From positions 1,280,001 through 1,344,000 of the forward strand of contig CAVOYH010000003.1 in the NCBI GenBank assembly GCA_963700635.1: DNA of 64,000 nucleotides, in the 5' to 3' direction. Shown here piece by piece: positions 8,284 to 19,132 of this stretch (the first letter of the stretch is position 1; every line of letters starts with the position of its first letter). The translations under genes and the position numbers were made by a program. The DNA is from an uncultured Bacteroidota bacterium (GTDB lineage: Bacteria; Bacteroidota; Ignavibacteria; UBA10030; UBA6906). The notes below the pieces were generated by a model that searched no databases, was not told where the DNA came from, and saw only the letters and a list, made by a program, of their open reading frames with translations.

Positions 8284-9306
8284 TTGGCCTGCACACTTAG
8301 CGATATCGCGCGCGAAACAGGATTTTCTGTCTCTACAGTGTCCCGCGTCCTCCACGATAATTCCAACCGATACAAAATCAGGGAGGACACGAAAGAGGCT
8401 ATCCGGCGTGTCGCGCATGCCCTCGGGTACACCCCCAACAAAATTGCCCGGGGGCTCCGTCTGAACCGCACCCACCAGTTGGGCATCATTGTCGCCGACC
8501 TTGCAAACCCGTTCTTTGCCACAATGGTAAAAAGTATTTCCAAAGAGGCAAGGAAATCCGGGTACAGTATTGTGGTCTGTGATTCGGATGAGAACACGCG
8601 CCTCGAAGAAGAGTCTCTCAGGACGCTCCTGGAAAACCGCGTTGACGGTCTGCTCATCGCTGCCGTCGGCCTGGAACGCGCCCACCTTAAACGGTACATG
8701 GCAGAGGGTGTCCCGTTCGTCTTCCTGGATCGCCTTTATGATGAACTGCCGGTTGACTCCGTCAGTGTGGACAACGTAAAAGGCGCGTATGATGCAACAC
8801 AGCATTTGATCCAGAACGGACACCAGCGCGTGGCGATCCTTCAGGGTCTTCCCGGAACATACGCCAGTACGGGGCGTGTGACGGGGTTCCGGGAGGCGCT
8901 TAAGAACGCAGGCATCGAGGTTCGGGAAGAATACATTGTCGGCGAGGACTTTGGGACGCGTAATGGTTTTCTCGGAACAAAACATTTACTCCACCTGCCG
9001 GAGCCGCCCACGGCCATCTTTGCTGCGGGCGATCTTCTTGCGCTCGGGGCACTTGATGCACTGCGCGAAGAACATGTTGTCATTCCGAGGGACATGGCAT
9101 TCATCAGCTTTGATGATCCCGGTTTTGCCGTTCACCTTTCTCCGCCGCTGACAGCAGTAGAGCAGCCAATAGAACAAATGGGTGAGATGGGCGTCAAACT
9201 CCTGCTTCGACGTTTCCTGGATCCATCGGCCGAGCCCCGGCACGTTCTCCTTGGACCCCGCCTTATCGTGCGTGAATCCGTCGCACCGCCCGGAGTCAAC
9301 AGGTAG
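8284..9306 (+). CDS. LacI-family transcriptional regulator (RbsR-like)
   Basis: TLSDIARETGFSVSTVSRVL HTH, YTPN..ARGL, NPFF, PPLTAV.QP; TTG start at 8284 inferred. Confidence 0.92.
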   Translation: MACTLSDIARETGFSVSTVSRVLHDNSNRYKIREDTKEAIRRVAHALGYTPNKIARGLRLNRTHQLGIIVADLANPFFATMVKSISKEARKSGYSIVVCDSDENTRLEEESLRTLLENRVDGLLIAAVGLERAHLKRYMAEGVPFVFLDRLYDELPVDSVSVDNVKGAYDATQHLIQNGHQRVAILQGLPGTYASTGRVTGFREALKNAGIEVREEYIVGEDFGTRNGFLGTKHLLHLPEPPTAIFAAGDLLALGALDALREEHVVIPRDMAFISFDDPGFAVHLSPPLTAVEQPIEQMGEMGVKLLLRRFLDPSAEPRHVLLGPRLIVRESVAPPGVNR

Positions 9307-9309
9307 CGT

Positions 9310-10245
9310 ATGCCAAACCGTGTAGTCGTTGTGGGGAGCTACAACAGGGACATGGTACTGCGCACCTCTCACATCCCGCGTCCCGGTGAAACCGTCATTG
9401 GGGGTGCATTCGAGAGTGGCCATGGGGGAAAGGGAGCGAATCAGGCCGTCGCGGCGGCGCGGGCTGGTGCGGTGGTCTCATTGATAGGACGGGTCGGTAC
9501 CGATAACTTCGGGAATGAGGCAGTCCATGCCCTCACTTCTGAAGGGATCAACACCCGCCACCTGCTGAAGCACCCTTCCTCTCCCACCGGAACCGCGTGG
9601 ATCCTGGTTGACCAGCATGGCGAGAATTCCATTGTTGTAGCCTCCGGGGCAAATGCGGATGTGACGCCGGATGATATGGTCCGGGCACGTGACATCATTG
9701 CAGGGGCAGACATCCTGCTCGCACAGCTGGAATGCCCCCTCAATGCAGTGCGCACGGCTCTGGACATCGCTGCAGAACACTCAGTGCCCGTCATCCTGAA
9801 CCCTGCCCCGGCCTGTCCGTTACCCCCCGAACTTCTCCGTTCTGTGACAATCCTCACCCCGAATGCGATTGAAACGGAAATGCTGACCGGCATCCCCGTC
9901 ACAGATGACGAGCATCTTGCGGTTGCTGCAGACGCCCTGCTTGCGAAGGGAATTCGTACAGCCATTATCACTCTTGGTGCCAGGGGTGTGTACTACGCCT
10001 CCGGCACGACACGCGAACTCATCCCGGCTTTTACGGTGATACCGGTGGACACGACAGGTGCGGGAGATGTCTTCAACGGTGTGCTGGCAGCATTTTGCAG
10101 CAAGGGGTGCCCCGTTCTGGATGCCGTACGTGCGGCAAATGCAGCTGCCGCGTTGTGCGTGATGCGCCGGGGAGCCCAGCAGTCGATCCCTACCCTCGGT
10201 GAGATCCAGGCAGCACTGACATCGCTGGTCCCTTCCATTGCCTGA
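9310..10245 (+). CDS. rbsK: Ribokinase
   Basis: VVGS.N.D, GGKGANQAVAAARAG, LNPAP, DTTGAGDVFNG PfkB signatures. Confidence 0.9.
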   Translation: MPNRVVVVGSYNRDMVLRTSHIPRPGETVIGGAFESGHGGKGANQAVAAARAGAVVSLIGRVGTDNFGNEAVHALTSEGINTRHLLKHPSSPTGTAWILVDQHGENSIVVASGANADVTPDDMVRARDIIAGADILLAQLECPLNAVRTALDIAAEHSVPVILNPAPACPLPPELLRSVTILTPNAIETEMLTGIPVTDDEHLAVAADALLAKGIRTAIITLGARGVYYASGTTRELIPAFTVIPVDTTGAGDVFNGVLAAFCSKGCPVLDAVRAANAAAALCVMRRGAQQSIPTLGEIQAALTSLVPSIA

Positions 10246-10273
10246 CGTTCCCACCATGTCGGGGTAAGAGCAG

Positions 10274-11473
10274 TCAGATGATGCGCACCCGGATCGTGTG
10301 TTTCACGTTCAGAAGATCCGCGAAGAGTTCATCTTTATAGTGCGCGTCCACATCGGCAAGCACATATCCTATATGCTCGTTGGTCCGCAGATATTGTGTG
10401 AGAACATTAACATTGTTCTTGGCGAAGATCCCGTTGATCTCGGACAACACCCCCGGCACATTTTGATGGATGTGCAGCAGTCTGTGTGAAGGGATGCCGT
10501 CGGGGCGCGGCGCGACAATCCGTGGAAAATTTACACTGGCTGCTGTCGCTCCTGTGGAGACATACTCCAGAAGCTTACCGGACACAAACTCCGCTATATT
10601 TTCCTGCGCTTCTTCTGTGCTCCCCCCGATATGCGGTGTCAGGAGTACGTTGGGAAGCCCGTGCAACGGCGTAACAAACGGACTCTTGTTATCCTGCGGT
10701 TCAGAGGGAAAAACATCAATCGCGGCGCCCGCAATCCTCCCTGAACGTATCGCTGCCCCGAGCGCATCGATGTCCACGACATGCCCCCGGCTCAGATTCA
10801 GGAAGCAGACGCCGGGTTTCATCAAATCCAGTTCCCGTGCACCGATCAGCTTGGCATTGGCCGGAGTCCCATCCACATGAACGGTGATGACATCTGCAAT
10901 CCGGAGAATGTCGTCCAGAGACTTCATGCGTGTAGCGTTGCCAATGGACAGTTTGTCCACTATGTCATAATAGTACACATCCATTCCCATGGCTTCGGCA
11001 AGCGTCGAGACCTGGGATCCGATATTGCCGAAACCAACAATACCAAGCTTCTTTCCACGGATCTCTCTGGCCCGGTCTGTTGATTTGTCCCATGTGCCGT
11101 CCTGTGCCCGGACAATCTTCGGGTACAGCTGCCGTATCAGAAAGATAATTTCCGCGATGACCAGTTCCGCGACACTCCTGGTATTGCTGTACGGCGCGTT
11201 GAATACAGCAACACCCCTTGACGCGGCAGCATCAAGATCTATCTGATTAGTTCCGATGCAATAGGCACCGACGGCCAGAAGATCGGGCGCATGGGCAAGG
11301 ACCCGCGCGGAGATGTGCGAGTGTGACCGGATTCCGAGAAGCGTAATGTCCTTAAGCGTTTCAATCAGTTCGTCTTCACCGGGACTTCCTGCCTCTATTC
11401 TGACTGTATGGTTTTCAAAATGGAAAATCTCGTGGGCCCGGAGGTGAATGTTTTCAAGCAACAGGATGTTCAT
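10274..11473 (-). CDS. serA: D-3-phosphoglycerate dehydrogenase with ACT domain
   Basis: CIGTNQ, NAPYSNTRSVAEL, GIVGFGNIG, TPHIGGSTEEAQ, HQNVPGVL ACT domain. Confidence 0.93.
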   Translation of the reverse strand: MNILLLENIHLRAHEIFHFENHTVRIEAGSPGEDELIETLKDITLLGIRSHSHISARVLAHAPDLLAVGAYCIGTNQIDLDAAASRGVAVFNAPYSNTRSVAELVIAEIIFLIRQLYPKIVRAQDGTWDKSTDRAREIRGKKLGIVGFGNIGSQVSTLAEAMGMDVYYYDIVDKLSIGNATRMKSLDDILRIADVITVHVDGTPANAKLIGARELDLMKPGVCFLNLSRGHVVDIDALGAAIRSGRIAGAAIDVFPSEPQDNKSPFVTPLHGLPNVLLTPHIGGSTEEAQENIAEFVSGKLLEYVSTGATAASVNFPRIVAPRPDGIPSHRLLHIHQNVPGVLSEINGIFAKNNVNVLTQYLRTNEHIGYVLADVDAHYKDELFADLLNVKHTIRVRII

Positions 11474-11536
11474 GCCGAAACGCTCCTCCGGGTAATACCA
11501 TGTGCTGCGTGGTTACGGGGAATTGTCTTAACGAGA

Positions 11537-13837
11537 TTAGTTTTCTTTGTGTCCGGGTGTGACGGGCAGGAGTGGTGTTCCCGTTTCCGGATCGAGAACC
11601 AGCGTATGCGCGCCTTTGGGGAGCTCGAACGTCAGCCTTTTACCCGAGCGCAACACAACTTCATGCGTCCCACCCTCCTTCATGTGCACAACGAGCATGC
11701 CTCCGCCGGCATAAACGATATCGCCCTGGCGCGAATACACGTGTGCGCCGGACGACCGAAGGATAAACCGGAGTGGATCTGGTCCGGCATGGGGAACTGC
11801 CACATACCAGGCGTTGTGGTGTGCAAACCTCTTGAAAGCGATGGCAGGTTCTCCGGTCTCACGGAAGTGCCCGAACACCTCTGCACCGGGATCATGGATC
11901 GCAAAGAGGGGCGAGACGACCTGTGTTCCCGTGACATACGCCGAGGCTGTGTCGGAGGGGAGATTCATGTCGATCTCCGGGGGTTTTGACAGGGTTGCAG
12001 CGTCGACCCGGATGCCTGTGAGGTCAGAAATCGAGTCTGCCGACAACGTCTTTCCGTCACTGTATCCCGGGGCATAAAACCAGACCAGTGTTCGTCCGTC
12101 CCCTGCTACGTGCTGCCGGATGTACTGACGTTGCTCCGCCGAAAGCACATACACATTTCCGAACACGACGACCTTGTACGGAGAGAGATCGATGCGCGGG
12201 AGGTCATGGACATGGATAGGGTCAAAAACCACGCCACTTTTGAATGCCGCGAGCGAATTGTAATCGATCAGCACATTGGTGACGGGATCGCTGCCACGGA
12301 GACTCGCCGTATGGTAGAAGCTCTGTGTATCATACACAAAGAGTACGTCCGCTTCACTCTTATACGGTCTCTCGCGGTTGGTGTCCACCAGCAGTTTCAT
12401 CTTCCGGATATCTTCCAGGATCACAGAGTGGTCCCAGTTTCCGCGGCTGCCCCGCTGGTTATAGCGAAAGTTATCCAGGTCCACACCCGCAACGCCAAAA
12501 TCATAATACCAGAGCCCCATGCCTTTGGAGGCGGAATGCAGGACATTGCGGCGCGCCGCAGCAACTCCGTTCCCGAGAATCAGGTCGTGGTTGCCGGCCT
12601 GCGGGATCGGGATGGTGGATTCGGCGTCCATTTCGTCGAGCCAGAGTTTTCCATGCAGACGAATGGATGTTATGAGACTGCGAGACCGATATGCTTCACC
12701 CAATTTGAGTGCCTCGGGTTCATAGGCCTGTGGCCCGGAGAGGTAGTCGATGAAGGGGGATGCGAGAATACGGTGGAGCTCAAGATGGCCTCCGGCTGCC
12801 TGCCGTCCGAACACCGAAAAGTAGTATCCATAAAATGTCCCCGTGATCAGAGGACGGGGCCAGGTTTCTTTGGCGATGCGGGCGAAATGAAGAATGTTGT
12901 CTGCCACAAGCTCATGAACACATGTATAGTAGTCGATCGTGCGCTGTTCAGTCACCGGATTGCGAAAGATGCCGGCCGTCGTGCCGCGATCTGCAAGCCC
13001 GGGGAGCGTGGCGGAGGCAAGAGTGACGTTCGCCTTTCTCCACGCTTTCTGAAGAGCATCATCGGTGCCGTAGCGGTTCTGCAGCCAGGAACGGAATGTC
13101 CGCTCCATCGGTTGACTCACGTCCGGTTCATTGTGATAAAATCCCCAGTTGTGCCATTCGCCATAGACCCCGTTTGCCACCTGAATGCCCGCCAGGGCAT
13201 TGCCCTCCGGGGTGGCGGCGAGCGCGAACAGAAATTCGCGCAGTTTTGCCGTTGCCTCCGATTTCCAGAGCAACGATGCCATGCTGACGCGGCGCACGGG
13301 TCCGTTGTCTTCCTCAATAATGCGGGGCATACCCTCTGAGCTTTCATCCCGGGGTTCAACGTCGGCGTACCGCACCCATTCATCGGGGTGTTCCCGCATC
13401 CACCATTTGGGCGCCGTCACGTGAAACCGGAAAAAAACAGATGCATCGGGACACACCGAGAGGATTCCTGCGATCTGCCGTCTCGCGGCGGATATGTCCA
13501 TTGTCCCGTCGGGCTGCCAGCAATGATCGAAAAAAAGATCCACCTGAAAGAGCCGGATGCCTTGAGTGCAGAACTGGCGGATATTGTGCTGGGGCAACTC
13601 TTCCCACGACCATCGTCCGCCCGGGACATCCGTGAGCGCATATATCACGGGGCTTTCCGGTCTGTTGTTGATGAAGATTGTGGGTCGGTTGTTGTGCATA
13701 CGAATCTCGGACGAAAGAGGCGGCCGGGAAGGTTGGGGTGTGGACATGGCGATTTGGGCTAATGGTGGAAGATTCATCGAGAGAAAAAGAGCACAGAGCG
13801 TCAGCTTCTGGGTTGTGAAAGAAGAGAGCACGTTCAT
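11537..13837 (-). CDS. Secreted glycoside hydrolase, GH42/beta-galactosidase-like
   Basis: Signal-like N-terminus from ATG 13837; TIM-barrel-like GEW and WLDEMD motifs, F..WL..RYG....L..AW, and a C-terminal GATase-like trimerisation segment (DLSPYKVVVF). Confidence 0.6.
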   Translation of the reverse strand: MNVLSSFTTQKLTLCALFLSMNLPPLAQIAMSTPQPSRPPLSSEIRMHNNRPTIFINNRPESPVIYALTDVPGGRWSWEELPQHNIRQFCTQGIRLFQVDLFFDHCWQPDGTMDISAARRQIAGILSVCPDASVFFRFHVTAPKWWMREHPDEWVRYADVEPRDESSEGMPRIIEEDNGPVRRVSMASLLWKSEATAKLREFLFALAATPEGNALAGIQVANGVYGEWHNWGFYHNEPDVSQPMERTFRSWLQNRYGTDDALQKAWRKANVTLASATLPGLADRGTTAGIFRNPVTEQRTIDYYTCVHELVADNILHFARIAKETWPRPLITGTFYGYYFSVFGRQAAGGHLELHRILASPFIDYLSGPQAYEPEALKLGEAYRSRSLITSIRLHGKLWLDEMDAESTIPIPQAGNHDLILGNGVAAARRNVLHSASKGMGLWYYDFGVAGVDLDNFRYNQRGSRGNWDHSVILEDIRKMKLLVDTNRERPYKSEADVLFVYDTQSFYHTASLRGSDPVTNVLIDYNSLAAFKSGVVFDPIHVHDLPRIDLSPYKVVVFGNVYVLSAEQRQYIRQHVAGDGRTLVWFYAPGYSDGKTLSADSISDLTGIRVDAATLSKPPEIDMNLPSDTASAYVTGTQVVSPLFAIHDPGAEVFGHFRETGEPAIAFKRFAHHNAWYVAVPHAGPDPLRFILRSSGAHVYSRQGDIVYAGGGMLVVHMKEGGTHEVVLRSGKRLTFELPKGAHTLVLDPETGTPLLPVTPGHKEN

Positions 13838-14206
13838 GAGTAAAACTCCCGGAGTATACGTTGAGTGCAGGAGGCAGTGGCACAATAGGGACAGAATAGG
13901 TAAAAGTTGGGAGGAAACAAAACCATTAGGAAATGGTCCGGGAAAAGGGTATCTTAAAACACTGCAAACCAGCGACATTCCGTAACCGGTCATCGTATCG
14001 GAAGCGGACGTGAGAGTTTCGCTCTCCGGTATCGATGCGCAGGGTTTTGTCGGGACGGGTGTTGTTGATCGCTTTTCGCTGATCCCCACCAAGTATCGTC
14101 TTCAAGAACGATTCATTCCCATTGGCACATCGCCAACAGAACTTCGCATAGATTTGTTGTGATCTGGGATTGCAGTGAACTAACCTTCACTATACAGGTA
14201 TCCCAC

Positions 14207-15751
14207 ATGGGTTTTTCAAGCATGGGTCTTTCAGGCCCTGTCATGCAGGGTGTTGAGGCAGCCGGTTATACGGTGCCCACCCCGATTCAAACACTTGCTA
14301 TTCGTCCCGCCCTTGAAGGGCGAGACATTATCGGTCTCGCGCAAACAGGGACCGGAAAGACGGCGGCCTTTGTTCTCCCTCTTTTGCACACGCTTGCAGC
14401 GGACCAGAAGGAGAAAGAGCGGCACCCCAGTCCAAGGGCTCTGGTCTTGACTCCCACACGCGAACTCGCGCAACAGATCCACACCGCAGTAGAGACATAC
14501 GGGCGGTTTGTCGGTTTGCGTTCCACGGCCATCTATGGCGGCGTGGATATGGACAAACAGCTCAAGCTCATCCGTCGCGGTCTGGATATTGCGATCGCAA
14601 CACCGGGCCGGCTGCTCGACCACCTCCAGAGGGGCTCCATTAATCTGGGATCGGTGAAGGTCCTTATTCTGGATGAAGCAGACCGGATGCTCGATATGGG
14701 CTTCATCCGGGATGTCCGGAAAATTATTGCCCGCGTTCCAACCGACAGGCAGACCATGTTGTTCTCTGCGACAATGCCGGATGAAATCAGCTCCCTTGCT
14801 GCCGAGGTGTTGCGTGATCCGGAAACGGTGGAAGTTGGAGAACGGCGCAGTCCCGTCGAAACGATCGAACAGTTTTTCTACACGGTGAGCCAGGATGCAA
14901 AAACAGCATTATTGCTGCATGCACTCGATACCGAGCGTATGGAGAGTATCCTGGTCTTTGCACGGACGAAGCACGGCGCCGACAAGATTTCCCGGCGACT
15001 GGAGCGCAGTGGGGTCACGACTGCAGCCATCCACTCCAACAGGTCACAGGGGCAACGTGATCGTGCGCTGGAGGCGTTCAAGAAGGGAAGGATCAGAGTC
15101 CTTGTCGCCACAGACATCGCAGCCCGCGGACTCGACGTGAGCGGCATCTCTCATGTTGTGAACTATGATATCCCCCATCAGGCGGAAGACTACATCCACC
15201 GGATCGGGCGGACCGGCAGGGCCGGGGCTGACGGAGACGCCATTACATTCGTTGCCCGCGAAGATCAGCAGTATCTACAGCGGATCGAACGGTTTACCGG
15301 CAAGCGTGTTCAGGTAAAAAGTTATCCTGGGTTCGTCGCGCCACCACCATCTCCCCGTACGGCGACACACGCACATCCCGGAGCGCGCAAGCATTCCGGA
15401 TCACAAAGACACCCTGCAAGCTCTGCATCGCGGGGCCAATCGGGGCACGCTGCATCGCGGGGTCAATCGGGGAACTCTGCATCGCGGGGTCAGTCAGGGA
15501 ACTCCGCATCGCAAAACCCATCCGGAAACTACCCATCGCAGGGTTATTCCGGACATTCCGGATCTCAGGGGCGCCCGGCACATTCCGCTGGCGCCAAACG
15601 GAGCCCCGGAGCCTCGGTCTCTCCCTGGAAGAAACGTGGTCCCCAGAAAAAGAAACGTACGCCTGTTGTTGCAGCCCGGAAAAGAACCCCTCTGAAGAAG
15701 CTGGATTCGTTCTCTTCCCACGGCGGCGGTGGCGGCTGGTCAAACCAATAA
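14207..15751 (+). CDS. rhlE: DEAD-box RNA helicase (RhlE-like)
   Basis: PTPIQ, AQTGTGKT, PTRELA, DEADRMLDMGF, SAT, HRIGRTGRAG; disordered basic tail. Confidence 0.9.
   Translation: MGFSSMGLSGPVMQGVEAAGYTVPTPIQTLAIRPALEGRDIIGLAQTGTGKTAAFVLPLLHTLAADQKEKERHPSPRALVLTPTRELAQQIHTAVETYGRFVGLRSTAIYGGVDMDKQLKLIRRGLDIAIATPGRLLDHLQRGSINLGSVKVLILDEADRMLDMGFIRDVRKIIARVPTDRQTMLFSATMPDEISSLAAEVLRDPETVEVGERRSPVETIEQFFYTVSQDAKTALLLHALDTERMESILVFARTKHGADKISRRLERSGVTTAAIHSNRSQGQRDRALEAFKKGRIRVLVATDIAARGLDVSGISHVVNYDIPHQAEDYIHRIGRTGRAGADGDAITFVAREDQQYLQRIERFTGKRVQVKSYPGFVAPPPSPRTATHAHPGARKHSGSQRHPASSASRGQSGHAASRGQSGNSASRGQSGNSASQNPSGNYPSQGYSGHSGSQGRPAHSAGAKRSPGASVSPWKKRGPQKKKRTPVVAARKRTPLKKLDSFSSHGGGGGWSNQ
15395..15583 (+). 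repeat. In-frame 27-bp tandem repeat (~7 degenerate units) in the helicase tail
   Basis: Units such as tctgcatcgcggggccaatcggggcac / gctgcatcgcggggtcaatcggggaac / tctgcatcgcggggtcagtcagggaac encode (S/A)ASRGQSG(H/N). Confidence 0.85.
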
Positions 15752-15774
15752 ACGCGACACTACTCCGGACACCC

Positions 15775-17613
15775 ATGCAACGCAGAGACGACATCCGCAA
15801 CATCGCAATCATCGCTCATGTGGACCACGGCAAGACAACACTCGTGGACCATATGCTCCGCCAGACGGGAATTTTTCGGGCCAACCAGCAGCTCGTTACC
15901 CGCGTCATGGACTCGAATGATCTCGAACGGGAGCGGGGAATTACCATCCTGGCAAAGAACACCGCCATCCACTACAAGGGAGTCAAAATCAATATTGTGG
16001 ATACGCCGGGGCACGCGGATTTCGGCGGTGAGGTGGAACGGACGCTGACCATGGTGGACGGTGTTCTGCTGCTCGTGGATGCGGCGGAGGGTCCGTTGCC
16101 CGGGACGAAGTTTGTTCTGAAGAAATCCCTCGATCTGCAGCTCAAACCCATCGTGGTCATCAATAAAATCGACAGGAAAGACGCCCGGCCGCATGAGGTG
16201 CTGGATCTGGTCTTTGATCTTTTTCTCTCGTTAGGTGCGGACAACAAGCAGCTGGATTTCCCGACAGTGTACTGTATCGCAAAGCAGGGGATTGCCAAAA
16301 ACGAACTGGAACAGGACAGCACCACTCTGGTTCCACTTCTCGATGCCATTGTCAACCATGTGCCACCCCCTCCGGGCGACACCACCGAGCCGTTTCAGAT
16401 GCTCGTCACCACCATAGACTACAATGACTATTTGGGGCGCCTCGGTATCGGACGTATTCACCGGGGGACCATCCGGCTCGGCGGACCCATGAACATCGTT
16501 CACCGTGATGGTGCCGTTGAGGATGCGCGCGTGACAAAGATCTACACCTTTGACGGACTGAAGCGAATCGAGGTCGAAGAGGCCGGTGCGGGTGACATTA
16601 TCGCGATCGCCGGGATGGAGGATGTGGATATCGGCGAGACGATCGCCGATGCGTCCGATCCGACACAACTGCCGTTCGTTGCCATCGAAGAACCGACACT
16701 CTCCATGAATTTCATCGTGAACAACAGCCCGTTCGCCGGACGGGATGGGAAGTATGTCACGACCCGGCATCTGAGCGAACGTCTGACCCGGGAGCTGCGG
16801 TCGAACGTCAGCTTGCGAATTGAACTGACAGACTCTCCGGACAGGTTCAAGGTGAGCGGACGCGGTGAGTTACATCTGGCAATCCTGATCGAGACGATGC
16901 GCCGGGAGGGGTACGAATTCCAGGTTTCGCGGCCCGAAGTTATTCTCAAAAGAATTGATGACGTCCTCTCGGAACCGATGGAGCATGTGATCATCGATGT
17001 TCCGGATGAGTTTATCGGAGTGGTGATTGAAAACCTCGGCCGACGGCGCGGGGAGATGAAAAACATGATCTCGTCGAATGACAATACCAGGCTGGAGTTT
17101 ATTGTCCCGGCGCGGGGGTTGATCGGATTCCGGGGGGAGTTTATGACGCAGACAAAGGGAACCGGAATTCTGCACCACAATTTTCACGGCTACGACCCCT
17201 ACAAAGGCGAAATCACGCAGCGCACAAAAGGCGCAATTGTCGTTATGGAAGCCGGAGAAGCGGTGGCATACGGGATGTGGAAGTTGCAGGAGCGTTCGGT
17301 CTTCTTTGTTGAACCGGGGACGAAGGTGTACGAGGGAATGATCGTGGGCGAAAACTCACGCGAGCAGGACATGACGGTAAATGTGTGCAAGACCAAGCAG
17401 CTGACCAACATGCGAGCTTCGGGATCCGATGAGGCCGTCCGGTTGGAGCCTCCCCGGCTTCTGACTCTTGAGCAGGCCATAGAGTGGATCGGAGACGATG
17501 AGCTGGTGGAAGTTACTCCGCAGAGTATTCGTTTACGCAAGCGGCATCTGAATGCTGACGTCCGCAAGCGGATGAGCAAGAAGGCTCTGGAAGCGGTCGA
17601 GAGTCCGGCATGA
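15775..17613 (+). CDS. typA: Translational GTPase TypA/BipA
   Basis: [48 protein letters not shown]. Confidence 0.97.
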   Translation: MQRRDDIRNIAIIAHVDHGKTTLVDHMLRQTGIFRANQQLVTRVMDSNDLERERGITILAKNTAIHYKGVKINIVDTPGHADFGGEVERTLTMVDGVLLLVDAAEGPLPGTKFVLKKSLDLQLKPIVVINKIDRKDARPHEVLDLVFDLFLSLGADNKQLDFPTVYCIAKQGIAKNELEQDSTTLVPLLDAIVNHVPPPPGDTTEPFQMLVTTIDYNDYLGRLGIGRIHRGTIRLGGPMNIVHRDGAVEDARVTKIYTFDGLKRIEVEEAGAGDIIAIAGMEDVDIGETIADASDPTQLPFVAIEEPTLSMNFIVNNSPFAGRDGKYVTTRHLSERLTRELRSNVSLRIELTDSPDRFKVSGRGELHLAILIETMRREGYEFQVSRPEVILKRIDDVLSEPMEHVIIDVPDEFIGVVIENLGRRRGEMKNMISSNDNTRLEFIVPARGLIGFRGEFMTQTKGTGILHHNFHGYDPYKGEITQRTKGAIVVMEAGEAVAYGMWKLQERSVFFVEPGTKVYEGMIVGENSREQDMTVNVCKTKQLTNMRASGSDEAVRLEPPRLLTLEQAIEWIGDDELVEVTPQSIRLRKRHLNADVRKRMSKKALEAVESPA

Positions 17614-17666
17614 CCGGTGCACTCGCGCGCGGAGTTTCCGGCGTGAACACCGTCATCCCCGCAAAC

Positions 17667-17697
17667 AAAAGGGCTCTCCTGGTGAGAGCCCTTTTTT
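17667..17697. terminator. Bidirectional intrinsic terminator
   Basis: AAAAGGGCTCTC-ctggt-GAGAGCCCTTTTTT between convergent genes. Confidence 0.85.
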
Positions 17698-17744
17698 ACG
17701 TTGGAGCGAAACCGTATCCGTTACCGTCCGGGCTTCATGACACG

Positions 17745-18401
17745 TTAGAAAGTGATACCGGCAGTGACAATCGGTACGTACGTGCTCGTGCCCTCTTCGA
17801 TCATGATCCAGTTGACTTTTAACTCGGCAAAAATCGCTACGCCGCCAAATTGAAGATCTGCTCCCGCGCCGACGTTAAAAGCGCCGACAGTCTGCGTCTT
17901 CAGAATTGAAACCGGTGCGAGCTTGGTGCCACCCAGGGAGAGTGTAACTTCGGTGGCTTTGACATTTACAAGTCCCGCGCCTCCTGTCACATACGGTCTG
18001 AAAACCGGCAGAGGGAGCACGACAAGTTTCGCATTGGCATTTCCGGAGATCATATCCACTCTGCCGCCTTCCACAAATTGAACGGGGAGGCCGGGGATGA
18101 CCTGCTGTACATACGCCGTAAACTTCTCCTTTTCAGGGGAAAGAGTGACATAGTCGCCGGAAATGCGGATGCTCAGAATGCTCAAATTAAGATCAAAATG
18201 AATACCCCCACCCAGCCCGAGTCCATACACCTCGTCCAGGGCGACCTGTAAAACGCCGGTGGACGGCGTGATTCCGGCGATTTGTTTCACCTTTGCATTT
18301 ATCTTGGAATTTATCATATTTCCGTGCACGCCGAATCCGACTGTCTGCGCCGAGGCTATTGTTGCTACACACAGGGCACAACTGAGTAGTAAGCGTTTCA
18401 T
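17745..18401 (-). CDS. Outer-membrane beta-barrel protein (OmpA-like 8-stranded)
   Basis: Signal peptide MKRLLLSCALCVATIASAQ, alternating beta strands, RPYVTGGAG, C-terminal Phe; GGAGG RBS. Confidence 0.75.
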   Translation of the reverse strand: MKRLLLSCALCVATIASAQTVGFGVHGNMINSKINAKVKQIAGITPSTGVLQVALDEVYGLGLGGGIHFDLNLSILSIRISGDYVTLSPEKEKFTAYVQQVIPGLPVQFVEGGRVDMISGNANAKLVVLPLPVFRPYVTGGAGLVNVKATEVTLSLGGTKLAPVSILKTQTVGAFNVGAGADLQFGGVAIFAELKVNWIMIEEGTSTYVPIVTAGITF

Positions 18402-18595
18402 ACATCCTCCACAATGGTTATTGGGTGCTGATGTGCACAAGCGCTGGCGTCGGTTGTGGCCAGCCAATTTTCCTGCATAAATCTATGTTGTTATCTACAC
18501 TTTATCAAGTTTTTGTTTCTGCATGCCCGGAAAGAAGAGAAATATCGTAGAGAACCATTTCACTCTCTTCGGTGTTAGTGGTTTGGAGGCAATTT

Positions 18596-19132
18596 ATGCG
18601 AAGTAGGATTATCGCGTCAGCACTGGTCGCGGGCTTGCTCGGTTTCTGTTCCGGTTGCGACAGGGGATTAGGCCCCATTACGGAAGAAACAGGGTTTAGC
18701 GGTGTGATTACCTTTGCGAACTGGCCACCACCGGAACAGGTGCTGGAACTGCGTCTTGTCGCCTTCCGGGATTATCCGTCTGATAGCAGCGGAATCATTG
18801 CGGCACTGTTGGACCAACGCGCTGCGATCTATCCCCACGTCACCACTGGCGTTGCCGGCGCGCTCGAGATTCTCGGGAACAAGACCGCTGACACGGTGCA
18901 CTATTCGTTTACTACAGAGGGGACGATCTTGAAGGAGGGAACATATAATTATGTTGTTCTCGGATGGCGGTACGGACCGAATTACTTCGCGGACTGGCAA
19001 CCTGTCGGTGTGTACACGGAGAAGCCCGGGACCTTTGAACCCGCTCCCGTCGTGGTGCGCGACCGGCGGATGAGAAAAGACGTCGACATTAAAGTTGATT
19101 TCAACAATCTACCGCCGAAACCATGGAAATGA
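18596..19132 (+). CDS. Hypothetical lipoprotein
   Basis: Lipobox-like signal ending FCSG-C; GGAGG RBS; overlaps the start of the TBDR gene. Confidence 0.7.
   Translation: MRSRIIASALVAGLLGFCSGCDRGLGPITEETGFSGVITFANWPPPEQVLELRLVAFRDYPSDSSGIIAALLDQRAAIYPHVTTGVAGALEILGNKTADTVHYSFTTEGTILKEGTYNYVVLGWRYGPNYFADWQPVGVYTEKPGTFEPAPVVVRDRRMRKDVDIKVDFNNLPPKPWK

Noticed and set aside
12110-13339. 409-aa ORF on the + strand
   Set aside because: Entirely antisense to the glycoside hydrolase; no recognisable features.
13840-14206. Structured ncRNA / long 5' UTR before the DEAD-box helicase
   Set aside because: Small hairpins are present, but there is no recognisable family or confident promoter; unsupported without folding and covariation analysis.
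15395-15583. Possible CRISPR array
   Set aside because: Repeats are contiguous, in frame and lack unique spacers; no cas genes present.
18402-18595. Cobalamin riboswitch upstream of the TBDR operon
   Set aside because: The intergenic region is short and AT-rich, with no B12-box-like motif.
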